From Azolla caroliniana (taxonomy: Eukaryota; Plantae; Polypodiophyta), in contig JBHGNT010000004.1 of NCBI GenBank assembly GCA_043228905.1, positions 13,082,001 to 13,146,000 on the forward strand: a DNA stretch of 64,000 nt, in the 5' to 3' direction. Both the position numbers and the translations under genes were made by a program. Positions 27,201-39,209 of this stretch are shown here, one piece after another. The notes under the pieces were generated by a model. That model worked only from the letters and a program-made list of their open reading frames with translations. It made no database searches and was not told the origin of the DNA. Each line of letters opens with the position of its first letter. The stretch's first letter is position 1.

Positions 27201-29401
27201 CCGAAGGGTAACATTTTTCGATGTGCCGACCCTTCAAGAAGGCCCCGCTCTTAACACACGGTCAGCTTCACGGGTAGCTGAACCTTACACTACCGATTCG
27301 GACAACTCTGACTCGGCACAGCAGCTTTCGGACCATCCGACCTCGATACCCGATGCGACCAGTCCAATCATACCTCGACGATCCGAGAGACTGTCGCAAC
27401 CTCCGGAGAGGTATTCTCCTGGAATTTTCTTCACCGACGCCGGCGAACCGACGTCTTACGAAGAAGCATCGACATCTGTCGATTCTGCCACCTGGCATCT
27501 GGCGATGGAGTCGGAAATGCACTCCATTCGGGCAAACAAGACTTGGGATCTGGTCGAATTACCTAGGAACCGACGTGCTCTTCCTTGCAAGTGGGTTTAT
27601 CGACTAAAAGAGACGTCTGATTCGACCACCCCAAAGTACAAGGCCAGATTAGTTGCGAAGGGCTTCCGACAAGAATATGGCGTCGACTTCGACGAGATTT
27701 TTTCACCAGTGGTGAAAATGACAACCCTTCGTTTTCTACTCGGCGTAGTGGCAGCCGACAACTTGGAGCTGATTCAGCTAGATGTCAAAACAGCATTCCT
27801 CCATGGTGATCTTGAAGAGGAAATTTATATGGAGCAGCCAAAAGGCTTCGTGGCAACTGGCCAAGAACATCTAGTCTGCCAACTCAGGAAGAGTCTATAC
27901 GGCCTCAAACAGGCACCGCGACAATGGTACAAGAAGTTCAACGACTTCATCCAATCGATCGGCTTCTCAAAAAGCGATGAGGACCATTGTTTTTTTACCA
28001 ACACAGCTCAAGATGGATCACCCATCTTCCTCATCATTTACGTGGACGACATGCTAATTTCTGGACGCCACGCGGGCGAACTTGCCGATCTCATTCGGCA
28101 ACTGCGGTTGAAGTTTGCCATGAAGGACCTCGGTCCGGCACGACACATACTTGGCATGAAGATTAGTCGGCATCGCGATCAACGTCATCTTTTTTTGTCT
28201 CAGACCGACTATATCGGACGTGTCTTGGAACGCTTCAACATGCAATCAACCAAATCTGCTTCAACCCCGGTCCCCATGAATCTTCGGCTCTCTCAGCGAG
28301 ACTGCCCGGCATCCGGTCCGGAGGGGGAAGATATGAAGTCGGTACCGTATGCACCGGCAGTCGGCTCCCTTATGTACCTGATGGTCGCGACACGGCCTGA
28401 TATTTCTCATGCCGTAGGAGTCGTTAGCAGATTTATGCACAATCCTGGCCGATCGCATTGGAACGCAGTCAAGCATGTGTTCAAATATCTGGCTGGCACA
28501 AAAGACCACGGCATTCTTTTCGGTCCGAACTCAACTACAGGCGTAGTCGGTTACACCGACTCGGACTTCGCCGGCTGTATAGACAGTCGGAAATCAACAA
28601 CTGGATACTGCTTCAAATTCGGCAATGGAGCAATTTCGTGGAAGTCGAAACTTCAGGAGTGCACAGCGACCTCAACGACCGAAGCAGAATATGTAGCTGC
28701 GTCCGACGCTACAAAAGAAGCTTTGTGGCTCGGCCGGCTGGCGCACACGTTTCGACAAGTCGACCATGACTCGGCCCCAGTTGTCTATAGCGACAGTCAA
28801 GGTGCTGTTGCCTTGTCGAAAAATCCGGTTCACCACAACGCCTCCAAACATATCGACGTTCGATATCACTTCGTTCGGGACTGCGTCATTTCAGGGAAAA
28901 TCGGTCTAGAGAAAATATCCACAACCGACAATGTCGCAGATGGAATGACCAAGTGTCTTTCGGCAGACCGCTTTCGGTCCCTTCGGCATCAGATGGGCGT
29001 AACGACAAACCAGTCCGGTTAGAGCCGGACACATCGCAAGATGGTTTCCGACAACCGACATCAGTTCCTTAATGATCGGCTTTAACTCTTCTGACCCGAC
29101 CAGTTCGGTCTTCTGCCTTCGGACCCTGCCGACTCGAACAAAACTGATATGTCCGAGAACCTAGGTTTATGCCTGTAATCTTAGATAACCCATGTATACG
29201 CCCATTACGGGGGAGTGTCAAATACAAGTGTATAATGGACGTATTCACACTATCCCTTTGTATAGATCAAGTTTGGGCCATTTGTGTAATTAGCATAAAT
29301 GGTAGATGCCCTAAGTCTGTCACTATATATAGTGACCTTGTAACCTTTTTGTAAGGTTGGGTTGTATTATTGCTTTATGGAATAGAAAGAGTCGTTTTGT
29401 G

Positions 29402-29440
<39 letters not shown>

Positions 29441-29528
29441 GTGCAACGACCTAGAAACTGTCATACGCAGGTACAGAACAGAATCGAATGCTTCTTGATC
29501 TTCCGCATAGACGACCTTGTCTCCAACA
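23999..29528 (+). mobile_element. Intact Ty1/copia LTR retrotransposon (Tork/Tnt1-like)
   Basis: LTRs 23999-24313 and 29216-29528 differ by 4 substitutions plus one CT unit (by eye); PBS TGGTATCAGAGCC (tRNA-iMet) 24316-24328; PPT GGGGGAG; no TSD. Confidence 0.97.
25000..29022 (+). CDS. Copia Gag-Pol polyprotein, uninterrupted (1340 aa from first ATG)
   Basis: CNYCKKPGHIKADC; WLLDSG protease; HSDVCGP / TDNGGEF / GIAERMN integrase; LDVKTAFLHG and YVDD RT; YTDSDFAG RNase H. Confidence 0.97.
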   Translation: MASTSGSSEMSLRKFDGSNFNFWKEQMQDYLIVKGQIDPIENEEPPEGYKPIEWQKLDRIVRATIRMHLSESVYFTVQSCTTAFELWKTLSDTYEKKVAATKMFLIRRLYNLRMKESDSVQAHLNEYESISSQISSQGTAIEDELRAMILMSSLPSSWETFVTTVCNASTTAVKYSEVTSAILTEAARRKSFAKDSTDDAYVVQGSTDRSNIRGRDSSRPPNNQRRRSQSRDNRICNYCKKPGHIKADCRTLKNKNDKSQRSDKKSGRHEEINYVSFSADVLPNDPNILSIENPVGSEVLLTTEESSTWLLDSGVSFHVTPHRSQFRQYTIRHSDSVRVGNSQHCDIIGIGTVELNLAGGSTLVLHNVRHVPELSRPLISVGQLDEDGIRAGFSSGGWTLHRGNLLLARGPKIHSLYPLHVTLREGNLFLVDIPVSSLWHRRLGHLSKAGITHLSRAGYIPKLSFSDHQFCEHCQYGKQAAASHPTSAPRETRPLDLVHSDVCGPMPHQSLGGASYFVSFIDDSTRKVWAYPIRTKDRVFSIFSDWLAMVENQTDRKLKCFRTDNGGEFKSEEFVKFCRQRGIRREFTAPHSPEQNGIAERMNRTIQEWIVSMLQHSGLSDGFWAEALLTAVHIINMSPSRPLGLQIPQELWIGSKPNYDKLRIFGCEAYALIPKDDRRKLATRSRKCIFLGYGSDGEMGYRLWDPERRQIVRSSDVVFNESAMNPSVKTPIEVRRVTFFDVPTLQEGPALNTRSASRVAEPYTTDSDNSDSAQQLSDHPTSIPDATSPIIPRRSERLSQPPERYSPGIFFTDAGEPTSYEEASTSVDSATWHLAMESEMHSIRANKTWDLVELPRNRRALPCKWVYRLKETSDSTTPKYKARLVAKGFRQEYGVDFDEIFSPVVKMTTLRFLLGVVAADNLELIQLDVKTAFLHGDLEEEIYMEQPKGFVATGQEHLVCQLRKSLYGLKQAPRQWYKKFNDFIQSIGFSKSDEDHCFFTNTAQDGSPIFLIIYVDDMLISGRHAGELADLIRQLRLKFAMKDLGPARHILGMKISRHRDQRHLFLSQTDYIGRVLERFNMQSTKSASTPVPMNLRLSQRDCPASGPEGEDMKSVPYAPAVGSLMYLMVATRPDISHAVGVVSRFMHNPGRSHWNAVKHVFKYLAGTKDHGILFGPNSTTGVVGYTDSDFAGCIDSRKSTTGYCFKFGNGAISWKSKLQECTATSTTEAEYVAASDATKEALWLGRLAHTFRQVDHDSAPVVYSDSQGAVALSKNPVHHNASKHIDVRYHFVRDCVISGKIGLEKISTTDNVADGMTKCLSADRFRSLRHQMGVTTNQSG

Positions 29529-30052
29529 CCCCCCCCTTTTGATCCACTCTTTTATAGAAGCCCCCATGCATATGATGCATGTGAGGGTACAAGACATGCA
29601 TAAAATGCATGGAATGCATATGATGCATGTTTGTCATTTGGCGCTCATGCATTTACATGTGATGCATGATAACCATGTCACCCAATCAAGCTGTAATATG
29701 AGAATTTACATGTAAAACTATAATCGTAGGAAAAACATTCCTACAGAAATGACTCGGCTTAGTGGTAAGTTTAATGCCTCCTATCTTGGAGGTGTAGGGT
29801 TCAAGCCTTGCTTACAAATTCTTACTAGGTCTTTTAGTTTAGATGATTTTGTTCGTTTCACATAGAAACCATCACGATCAACCTATTCGATCGATCGATC
29901 CACCCGGTCCGCAACAGACCCGGTGATCTAGTCTATCCGGTCTGATTCTGGCGCTAGTGCCAGTCCCGGTTCGGTCGTCGTCCCCGTCTGGTTCTGGTTC
30001 CGGCTCCGTCGCCGTCCGGTGACCCAAAACAATTACGAGTAGTTAAACCACA
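29529..30052 (-). mobile_element. Truncated LTR, similar in architecture to solo LTR 36772-37501
   Basis: Same order on minus strand: TG start, CCGG-rich block, tRNA-like box, ATGCAT repeats, TATAAAAG. Confidence 0.55.
29754..29812 (+). other. tRNA-like A-box/B-box cassette in LTR U3
   Basis: CGGCTTAGTGGTAAG ... GGAGGTGTAGGGTTCAAGCC. Confidence 0.55.
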
Positions 30053-31660
30053 ATTTAGCCCAAGAACATTCTGTGCTCCACTCATAGACAAAAAGTAATA
30101 AGTTGTCGCTTTGGTTATATACTGTGGGATCCTGATTTGCCCTATCTATGTGGGATATCTGATAGTTTTGTTTTTCTCTTCTTCTTCTCAAACTTCACAT
30201 TAACATAACTTGACATTTAGTTATCCGTTTCAAATGTAGTAAAGTACATTCGGAAGCTCTTGAAGAACCATTCTTTCATATCGTGTTTGAAGAACCTCCA
30301 TTGCCGAAAATCTTCACGACATCCACCCCCACCAAACCGCACGTGCTTTGGTACGTGCCAAGAAGAGAGAGTGTGAGATTTCGGCTATGGTGATCAGTAT
30401 GATTCCTCCATTTTGAGCATGTCCATTTCTTTCTCTCGAACCATTGTTGCCACCCAATCCACCATATCATTCGCTCATTCTTAGTTTTACCATGACCAGT
30501 TGTCACGACCCCTTGTTCTCTTTCCAAACATAACTATTTAGGTTTTATGAATGTACCACCTTTGTCCCGATTTAGGCACTTTGACCCATCACACATTCTT
30601 GTTTTGTGTCTTTCTCCCCAAGCCTATATCTGAATAATGACATTGACTACCCAATGTAGTACCTTCAAGTGCATGCCCACTTTGAGATCCTTACGCGACC
30701 ATGCTCTATATTTCCCACTATGATACAATCTCATGTTAGAGTTGACAATCTTCACACTAACTTCTTTGCTAGATGTTTTGATCACATTCATCAGATCCTG
30801 ATGGCTCGCTTGGCCATCGTCATCCCTTGTCATACTTTGCTCAGACTCTTTGTTGTATGCATCAACTTTTGTCTCTATGCTTTGCTTGACCTCTTCATCC
30901 CACACATCAGCCTCAACCCTTGCTTTTTTGCCGTCATTGTCCTTCTCTTGGGTCTTACATCACTTAATGCCCAAGTCTCCAGAATGAGTGTGGAGAGATC
31001 CATATGTATTTGTCGGCCACTCCCCAACATCGTTATTTGCAACAACTTGGACCTTCACTTCCCCGCCATCATCTTCTGTATCTTGGGTCTCATGTTGGCT
31101 TTGAACCACAACTGCCCAAGTCTCTAGAACATATGCAAAGGAATCCATTTGTCTTGATGTCATCTTTCACATCAGATTTGAACTCCCCCTTGTTGCCACC
31201 TTCTGTCTCTTGGGTCTTCTGTTGGTTCTCAGACGCAACTGTCCAAGTCTCTGGAACCACTGTGAGGAAAGTCTTGTCACTACCATCATTCACCATCGAC
31301 TCGTCCATATCTATCTTTGCCTCGATGTTGTGCACACCATCTTGATCCTTCCCCTTACTACCACCTTCCATCTCTTGGGTCTCACGTTAGCTCTCTACAA
31401 TTGCCCAAGTCTTCGGAACTTGTGTGAATGAATCCTCGACGCAGCCATCTGCCATTAATTCTTCCATAGCCACCTCTGACTCGATGTCCTTTTTCGTGGC
31501 TATCTCTTCAATCTCATGGACCTCATACCCATTGACACTCTTGATCGAGCAAGCTTCCATCATGCTTCTCTCTTCATCACATGTATTCGTTTCAACCTTC
31601 AGCTCCTCGCCGACACCTTCCATCTCTTGGGTCTCACGTTGGTTCTTGGACACAACTACC
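30053..31660 (-). mobile_element. 3' remnant of the gag-only Trp-primed family (VPETW repeats, PPT, partial 3' LTR)
   Basis: LTR start TGTCGTGAAGATT at 30321 matches 774; PPT-like GTTTGGTGGGGGTGGA; 31380-31650 closely resembles 2860-3140. Confidence 0.75.
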
Positions 31661-33503
31661 CAAGTCTATCGAACAACCACTATAGCCTTCGTCATCTAAC
31701 CTTCTAGTTGATATCATATTCAATTTGATATCGGGGACGTGTCGAACATCCTTCAGTATCAGTTGACACCCTGTTGACGTCGTTAAGCGAACACTTCCGA
31801 CTCTGGTTACCCTGCACTCTCCACTGTCACCCATCTTTACATAGCCATGATCCTCGGCTATGTAAGTCGAGAAATACTCTCTCGACGGAGTTATGTGGAA
31901 CGATGCCCCGGAATCAATCACCCACTCGTTTGTTCACAAATGAACAGGAGTTCTTCATTGCTTGTAGCAATGGCCGAAGTGTTCTTTTCATCAGGAATCT
32001 TCCTGGGTTCAACATTATTTCCGACACTCTTATCTTTCTTTAAGTGTCGATAGTCCTTCTGGAAGTGTCTAGGCTTTCCACAATAAAAGCACACAGGCTT
32101 ACCTCTAGACTTCGATCTAGCATGGGATTTGTTCATTTGTTGTGGACTTCTTCTTCGCCGGTCTCTTCCTCTATCCATATGTTGAGTCAGATTCGACTCT
32201 GATTGGGACAGGAATCCTTTGTCTTTCCTCCTTGCCTTGTCATTTAGGATACTTGTGTTCACCGTCTATAAAGACAAGTTCTCTTCTTGACAGGAGGTGC
32301 TGAGATTAACCACCAGGTTCTCCTAGTTGCCCATCAGTGTGCACATCAACAGGATGGCATGCATTGCATAATCCAAGGGAAACTTGGTCGCAGCAAGTTG
32401 ATTTACATACCCCATGAATGTGCTGATGTGTTCGACGATGCTCTCACTGTCTCTGTATTTCAGTCTTATGATCTTCCTCAACAGTGAGGTTTTATTGAGC
32501 GCCACATTTTCCTCTCATACAGACCCGACAACTTTGTGTCGTTTGCCACATGCTGAAGGACACTTACGTCGACACACTATGAGATGGTGGCCATTGCCTT
32601 TCTTTTTAGAAGTTTCCAATCCGACTCCAATATCCCCCTGGGTATGTCTGCTCTGTTGACTGGCTCATACAGGTCTTTCACGATCAAGAGGTCTTCCATC
32701 TTTATCTTCCAATCTGCATAGTTCTGTGATTTTAGAACTATCATACCTTGGAAACTTCACACACCTCCTTCCATGCTTGCACCTCAAGCTCTGATACCAA
32801 ATTGTTGAGAAATCGTTCTGTCAAATCACAAAAAATGAATTGTGCTGAAATACGAATCACAGATATGCCAGAAAAGAAAAGGACAAACAATGGTGCACAG
32901 AGATTTAACGTGGAAACCCTAAAACAGGAGAAAACCATGGGAACAAAACTTCACTATGTATAGTGGATATACAACACAAAATGTTACAACACTCCTTCAA
33001 GTGTATCAGCCATATAGGGCTCTTGACGTCTGTTGTTACGCACACAGCTATGGCGCCACTCACACTCACTCACTAAGCCCACGGAGACAAAGTTGATGCT
33101 CCTACATCCATGACATAAATAGTTAAAGCAGGTAAATAATTTGGGATTCAAGTTGTTTCACAAAATAACACTCATATATATTAAGCTCTCGCACTACTTC
33201 TATTCTAAAATCTCACATTTTGCCCTAAGTGTATTTATACTTATACATTGTATGGGTTATTTACAAATGTAGTCTCTGCTACGTATCATTATTATTATTG
33301 CAATAATAATAATAGTCGAACTATCAAACAATCGACTCACTGTTTTCGCCTCTTTGACTGTCAGTTTTCCGAACAGTTGGATCTTCCTTGTCTTCGACTG
33401 TTAGCACTCCTTGGTCCGATCGGTCGGCTCCTCGTAGTCATCGATTGTCAGCTACTTCTGGACAGTCGGTTCCTCCTCCCACTAGAGGAACATATTCCCA
33501 ACA
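31661..33503 (-). mobile_element. Ty1/copia 5' remnant (LTR, PBS, gag, protease)
   Basis: LTR 32803-33503; PBS TGGTATCAGAGC 32788-32799; CFYCGKPRH knuckle; IDSGASFH. Confidence 0.88.
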
Positions 33504-36097
33504 ATAACCCCTCAACTCAAAAATCTCGAGTAAGTCGAGACGTCGCGTTTGAAGAGTTCGCATCTTGGTACGCACCAAAGACAACTTTGACTTTGATTCC
33601 GTTGACCCCGATTCCGCCGAAATAGAGATAAAAGCCGAAGATTGGCTCATGTGCATGTTCGAAGAAAGCCCAATTACAACAAGGCTTAGTGGGCTAGAAG
33701 AGCCCTTAGCGATCAAAGCACATCTTGGCCGAGTCCGAAGATGGACAAAGGGAATGCGAAAATGCCGGAGTATGAAGATGATCATTTCGATGGCATTGAA
33801 TCGACTCACTCCCTCGATAGTGAGTTTGAAGGCCTAGACATCCGGACAAATGGAGTGAAGAAAGCCTCAGAATCTGCAAACGAGAAGCGCCGTCGATCCA
33901 CCCGTGAAAAGAACCCCGTAAGCCGATTCGACTACGATTAGTACATGGCATACCATTACACATTTATGATGAAGGTGGCAACAGTACGGGAGCTGGAAAT
34001 CTTTTCCGAAGCCGCGAAGGACCCACGATGGATCGAAGCAATGAACGAGGAGATGCGTGCACTATTCAAGAACGAGACATGGGATCTCGTTCCCCACTAA
34101 TAGCACAAGAAGGCCAACGGCTGCACATGGATCTACAAGGTGAAGTATAATGCCAACGGCTCGGTCAACCGCTACAAAGCTCGACTCGTAGTTAAAGGAT
34201 ATGCACAAACACATGGAGTCGACTATGAAGAAACCTTTGCCCCGGTGACAAAAATGACGACGGTGCGGACCATGATCGCAGTTGTAGCGGCAAAAGGGTG
34301 GCACCTCCACCAAATGGACATCAAGAACACCTTTCTTCAAGGCGAATTAGAAGAGGTGTACATGGTACAACCACCCGGCTTCGAATCGTGTACTCATCCG
34401 AAAGTCGTGTGCCGACTCAAGAAGCTACTCTACGGCCTCAAGCAAGCACCATGTGCTTGCCATTCAAAGATTACGCAATATCTTCATCAAATCGGCTTTC
34501 GGATGTCAAAATCCAACAACTCCCTCTACGTAGAACCTGACTCTAGAAGCCTAATTATTATCATCCTATACGTAGATGATAAGGTCATTGGAGGTGAAAG
34601 TCTAGTCGACATCAACAAGTTCAAGTCCCTCCTCTCCGGAAAATTCGAGATGACGGACATGAAGGAGCTCCATTACTTTCTTGGCATCGAAGTAATTCGG
34701 ATTTTGACCGGCATTATGATCTCTCAATGGCACTACATCCTCAACTTGTTATACAAGTTCGGGATGATTGAGTGCAAATCGGTCGCGACGCCTCTCGAAT
34801 GAAACCTCAAACTAGATGCTGACTCTGACACAAACAAGTACGAACTGACCCAATATCATCAACTGATCGGGAGCCTCATCTATCTCACGATCACTCGACC
34901 CGACCTTAGCTATCCAGTCGGACTCCTTAGCCAATTCATGCAAACTCCACGAGATATCCATTTCGATTGCGCGAACGAGTATTATGATACATGAGCGGCA
35001 CAATGGATTGCTGCGTTCTCTACGCATCGGCCACACCAATACGACTCGAAGGGTACACAGACGCAAACTGGGCAAGCTACAAAGTTGATCAACGATAGAC
35101 CTCTAGATTTGTCTTCTCGCTCGGTAGCGGAGCAATATCTTCGATTAGTAAGAAGCAACCTACAGCCGCACATTCGAGTACGGAGGCCGAATACAAGGGC
35201 GCAACCGTAGTTGCATGTGAAGATGTATGGCTCAAGAGGATTTTGAAAGATCTGGGTGTGCCCATCAAGGATCCGACTCCCATTTACTACGACAACATGA
35301 GTAGTATATATCTGGATCGGAACCCGGTGTTCCATGTGCACACAAAGCACATCAAAGTGCAGTAACACTTCATTCGAGATCGCGTACAGGCTGGAGATGT
35401 CGACCTTCAACACATCAACACAAATCTTCAAACTGCCGACATCTTCACGAAAGCCCTAGGAGCTGACAAGCTTTGGCAATTCATGTCAGACCTTGGATTG
35501 ATGATCCCTGACTTGCCAATCTTGAGGGGGAGAGTACAAGCGAGAACCAGATCCCGTCCGAACCGGGTGCAAGCCGAAGTGGACACCGGAGATTGTCCAA
35601 ACCGGATACCAACCGAAGTGGATATCAATCGAAAGGAACCAACCCGACCTGAGCTTGAGGGGGCGTGTTGAGAATCAAGCTCAACATAATACAACCTGTG
35701 AACATACCTTTGAGAATCTATGTGCACTCAAAGGTCAAGAGTCATACCACTCTCTACACATTAAACTATGTGTCATAGAATCATATTCTATGACACATAA
35801 CTAATGAGTTACATATTCCCCATGACTATGAGTCTTCACATTCCCCAAGAGAGAGAGTGGTTGTTGTAGTTAGTTAATGAAGAGAGAGGGTGACTATATG
35901 TATATAAAGCACCCTCCTCACACTTCATACTAAGTCGGTTGTGACTCCTTGTAATGCTATAGTTTTGTATCTCTATACTACTTGTGAAATATACACCTTC
36001 TTCTTGAGTATTTTATTTCTCTTGCTTATCTATCTTGTGTTCTCTTCTCTCCTCTATTTTTCTCACACACAAATACACATATCTATTATGCTTGACA
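33504..36097 (+). mobile_element. Ty1/copia 3' remnant (integrase end, RT, RNase H, 3' LTR)
   Basis: RYKARLVVKGY, HQMDIKNTFL, YVDD; PPT TTGAGGGGGCG; LTR 35666-~36097. Confidence 0.88.
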
Positions 36098-36771
36098 AGA
36101 ATCACCATTGATTCTTTACAGTATTAGATCGATCTTGTTACGGCTTCGATTTCTTCAGTGGGGAACGGAAGCTGGTGTTTCTTCCCGAGCTGGCAAGCTT
36201 CACAAATTTGGCCTTTCGGCCACTGAATTTTGGCAATCCGAAAACAACCTATTTTTATTGCAAGTCTTAAAGCCTTTGATAGTTGACATGGCCGATCCGC
36301 TTGTGCCACGGGTCAATATCTGATTTGACCTTCTGTCCTTTCTGAGAACATAGCGGTGCCGACGTCATTGGTGTCGAGGATGAACATCCTCCAATCCCGG
36401 CACCCTTGTGCGATGATCAATGAAGTACTCGAGGTGCGTAAACGGCACCTGCATGCCTTGGTCGACGATCTCCCCCACTGACACTAGGCTCTTTGTGATT
36501 GTCGAGACGTGAAGCACGTCCCTTTTTGTTCGACATGATTCAAGTGTTGTCTCCAGTTTCAACAACTCTTGGTTGCTCCCGCTTTTCCAAAAACGAGAAC
36601 CACTCTTCATGGCTCGTCATGTGGTTTGATACTCCGAAGTCAACGTACCACACTTCCTTTGATCCAGAAGTGGTCTTCTTAATCGACTTCGCCTTGTGCT
36701 TCATCACAAAGGCTGGCCCTTTTCCGATCTTATTGGTTCCCGATCCTTCCGATCCTGTTGCGTTGTCGTAG

Positions 36772-37501
36772 TGTAATACGCACACTACGTGAAAAATTAC
36801 ATTTTTGGTCTCTCCGGATAGGACATGGAGTACCCGGTCAGAACCGGAAGAAGGTCCCGGTAAGAACCGGACAAAGAAAACTAGCAAGCACCGAATGAAG
36901 AGACATCTTTGTAAATAGAAGAAAGTATAAAAAATATATATATTACATGCATAGGGCAAGATTCGAACCTTGCACCTCCATGTTAATAATGTTAAGCCTT
37001 ATCATTATACTAGGGTATTATGAACTTTAAAGTTATACTAAGCTTTATCCCATGTAAAATTTCTAGACATGCATGGTACAAAAAGTTATTCATGCATAGA
37101 CACTCGAGTTAAAAGAAAAGATGAGATAGAAAGCTAATCATACACATGCAGTGTGCATGAAAACGAAAGATAGGAAAAGCATGATGCTTGCATGTGATAA
37201 ACTTAGACTCTTCCAACACTATATAAGGAAGGGAGAAAGATATATAGAAGTTGTTGATTATTTTACAAGGGGATTAATATAATATAATCGTGGGATCCAC
37301 AAGTTTGCTAATAATTTTTCTCTCTTAATTTGAGTACTCACTAATACACTATACTCGTGGGATTCACGAGGTTTTTGTATCTTTCTTTCTTACAATATAT
37401 TTCATATTCTTAATTGCCTTAGAATTTTCTTTCCTCCTAGTCCAAAACCTCAGCGGTTCCCACCCAACTCACGCAACGATCCAGAGCCGTAAGGCACGAC
37501 A
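36772..37501 (+). mobile_element. Solo LTR inserted in copia gag
   Basis: TGTAAT...CGACA; CGTAG duplicated on both sides (one extra G on the right); TATATAAGG near 37220. Confidence 0.8.
36950..37016 (-). other. tRNA-like A-box/B-box cassette in LTR U3
   Basis: TAGTATAATGATAAG ... GGAGGTGCAAGGTTCGAATC. Confidence 0.6.
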
Positions 37502-39105
37502 GCGTAGTGCGAGCTATGCTGGTTCCCTTGTCCGGTCTTGCTGGATCCAGATTTATCCGAATCGGCGCGCTTCTTCCAACACTTGCTTTCCTAGTGGCCT
37601 TTCCTGCCACAGTACCAACATTCCATGTTGGTTTTCCCTTGCCGGTTTCCAACGTCACTTTGACTCCCCTTCCTTGTGGAGGGTCTGGAATTGCTGTCAG
37701 CACTATCTTTGTGCCTCCGGTTCTGCTCTTGCCGGCCGACGCTATTGCGTGCCAACCCACATCGTCCTCCACGCCCACGGGGACAATCCGCCTCCGTGTA
37801 CAACATCTTGTTGTCTAATTGAGTGGTCCTCGACCCACTCGCGTGGTTTTCTTTGACCATCAACATAGATTACAGGTCAAAGAAGGACAACGGTTTCTCC
37901 CAGGTGCAAATCGTTGTTTGGATTGGCCCGTACCATTGTGTTAGACCATCGAGCAAGATCTGGACCATCTCGTCCTCGTCCACCATCACATTGATGGAAC
38001 CGAGCACGTCGTGGATCTCCTTGATCTTGGTGGTGTAGTTGGTGATCGACATATCCCGTTGTCGGGTACTGTTGACCTCTTGCCAGAGTTGCAACTTCCG
38101 AACCGTAGTATTTGCGGCAAAAATCTTCAACAGATTTTCCTAGGCCTCCTTCGGTGATGTTTCATCTTTGATGTAGCCAAGCATCTTGTTGTGCACACAC
38201 GACGTAAGACAGTGCAGTACTTTGCTCACTCCTTGTTCCCATACCAGGAAGTCCTTGTGTGCCAATTATGCTATTGCTTCATTCGCTCCTTCCGCGTAGG
38301 TACTGGTGCATTTTATACAACCAGGATGCATAATTGCTCTAGTTGAGCTTCTTTGTTGGAAGCGAGCTCGCCATACTTTTGTCCATATCTTCCTTCTTTT
38401 CGGTCCGTGCTTTTCTGGAAATTAGGGTTTGTCTTTGGAAATAGCTTGTCAATAGTACATGTTCTCAACCCTCACGCTCTAATACCATGTCAAAGTTAAT
38501 ATGCGGAAGCTTTGACAAACCGATTTATCCACATAGCAACAGAAAACAGAGACAAGGTTTAATGGAAGCTTAAATCACACAGACAGAGAGAGCAGAACAA
38601 TAAACTCAATTCAAAAGAACAACACTCTGTACATAAAATGTGCTCAGTGAGTACTTTTATACAAGTTCATGAAAGGACTAACAAGTACTTCAATGCTCAT
38701 ACGAGTGATTGACACTAACTCCTAAAAATATGCTTTCGTACTAGGTTAGATTCGTAGGCCTCTAATAGCCTAGGGTCAGAGCACGCTACAGTGTACTAAC
38801 TTTTGGCCAAAACTTTAGTACTAATTCCATGTGGAGGAAAATCTTAAAAATGTAAAAATAAATCGAGTATTTGGGTTTAAAAAGTTGATCACTTGTGTTA
38901 AAATTAAAAGTCACATTCAGTGAAAATAGATTTCAAATATGAAAAAATATCACTTGTGTTAAAATCCTAGGTAATGTTGTAAGGAGGACTTAACTATATA
39001 AGATCTCGAGTAGTTAGTCAATCATGAAGATAGTCAATCAGTCTCTCTTCCACTTTGTCTCTCTGTCTCTCTTGGCTCGAAGGTTTATCTCGAACTGTTA
39101 GTTAG

Positions 39106-39143
<38 letters not shown>

Positions 39144-39209
39144 TTACACTCAGTGATTCCCTAGGTTCGCACCTCCTCTCTCTGTCACTGTTTCCTTCCC
39201 ATTTCTACT

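Larger units (their letters stand above)
36098..38714 (-). mobile_element. Ty1/copia 5' remnant (LTR, PBS, gag, protease, pre-integrase)
   Basis: PBS-like TGGTATTAGAGC 38476-38487; CWYCGRKGH; WYVDFGVSNHMT; CEACQLGK; LTR outer boundary uncertain. Confidence 0.8.
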
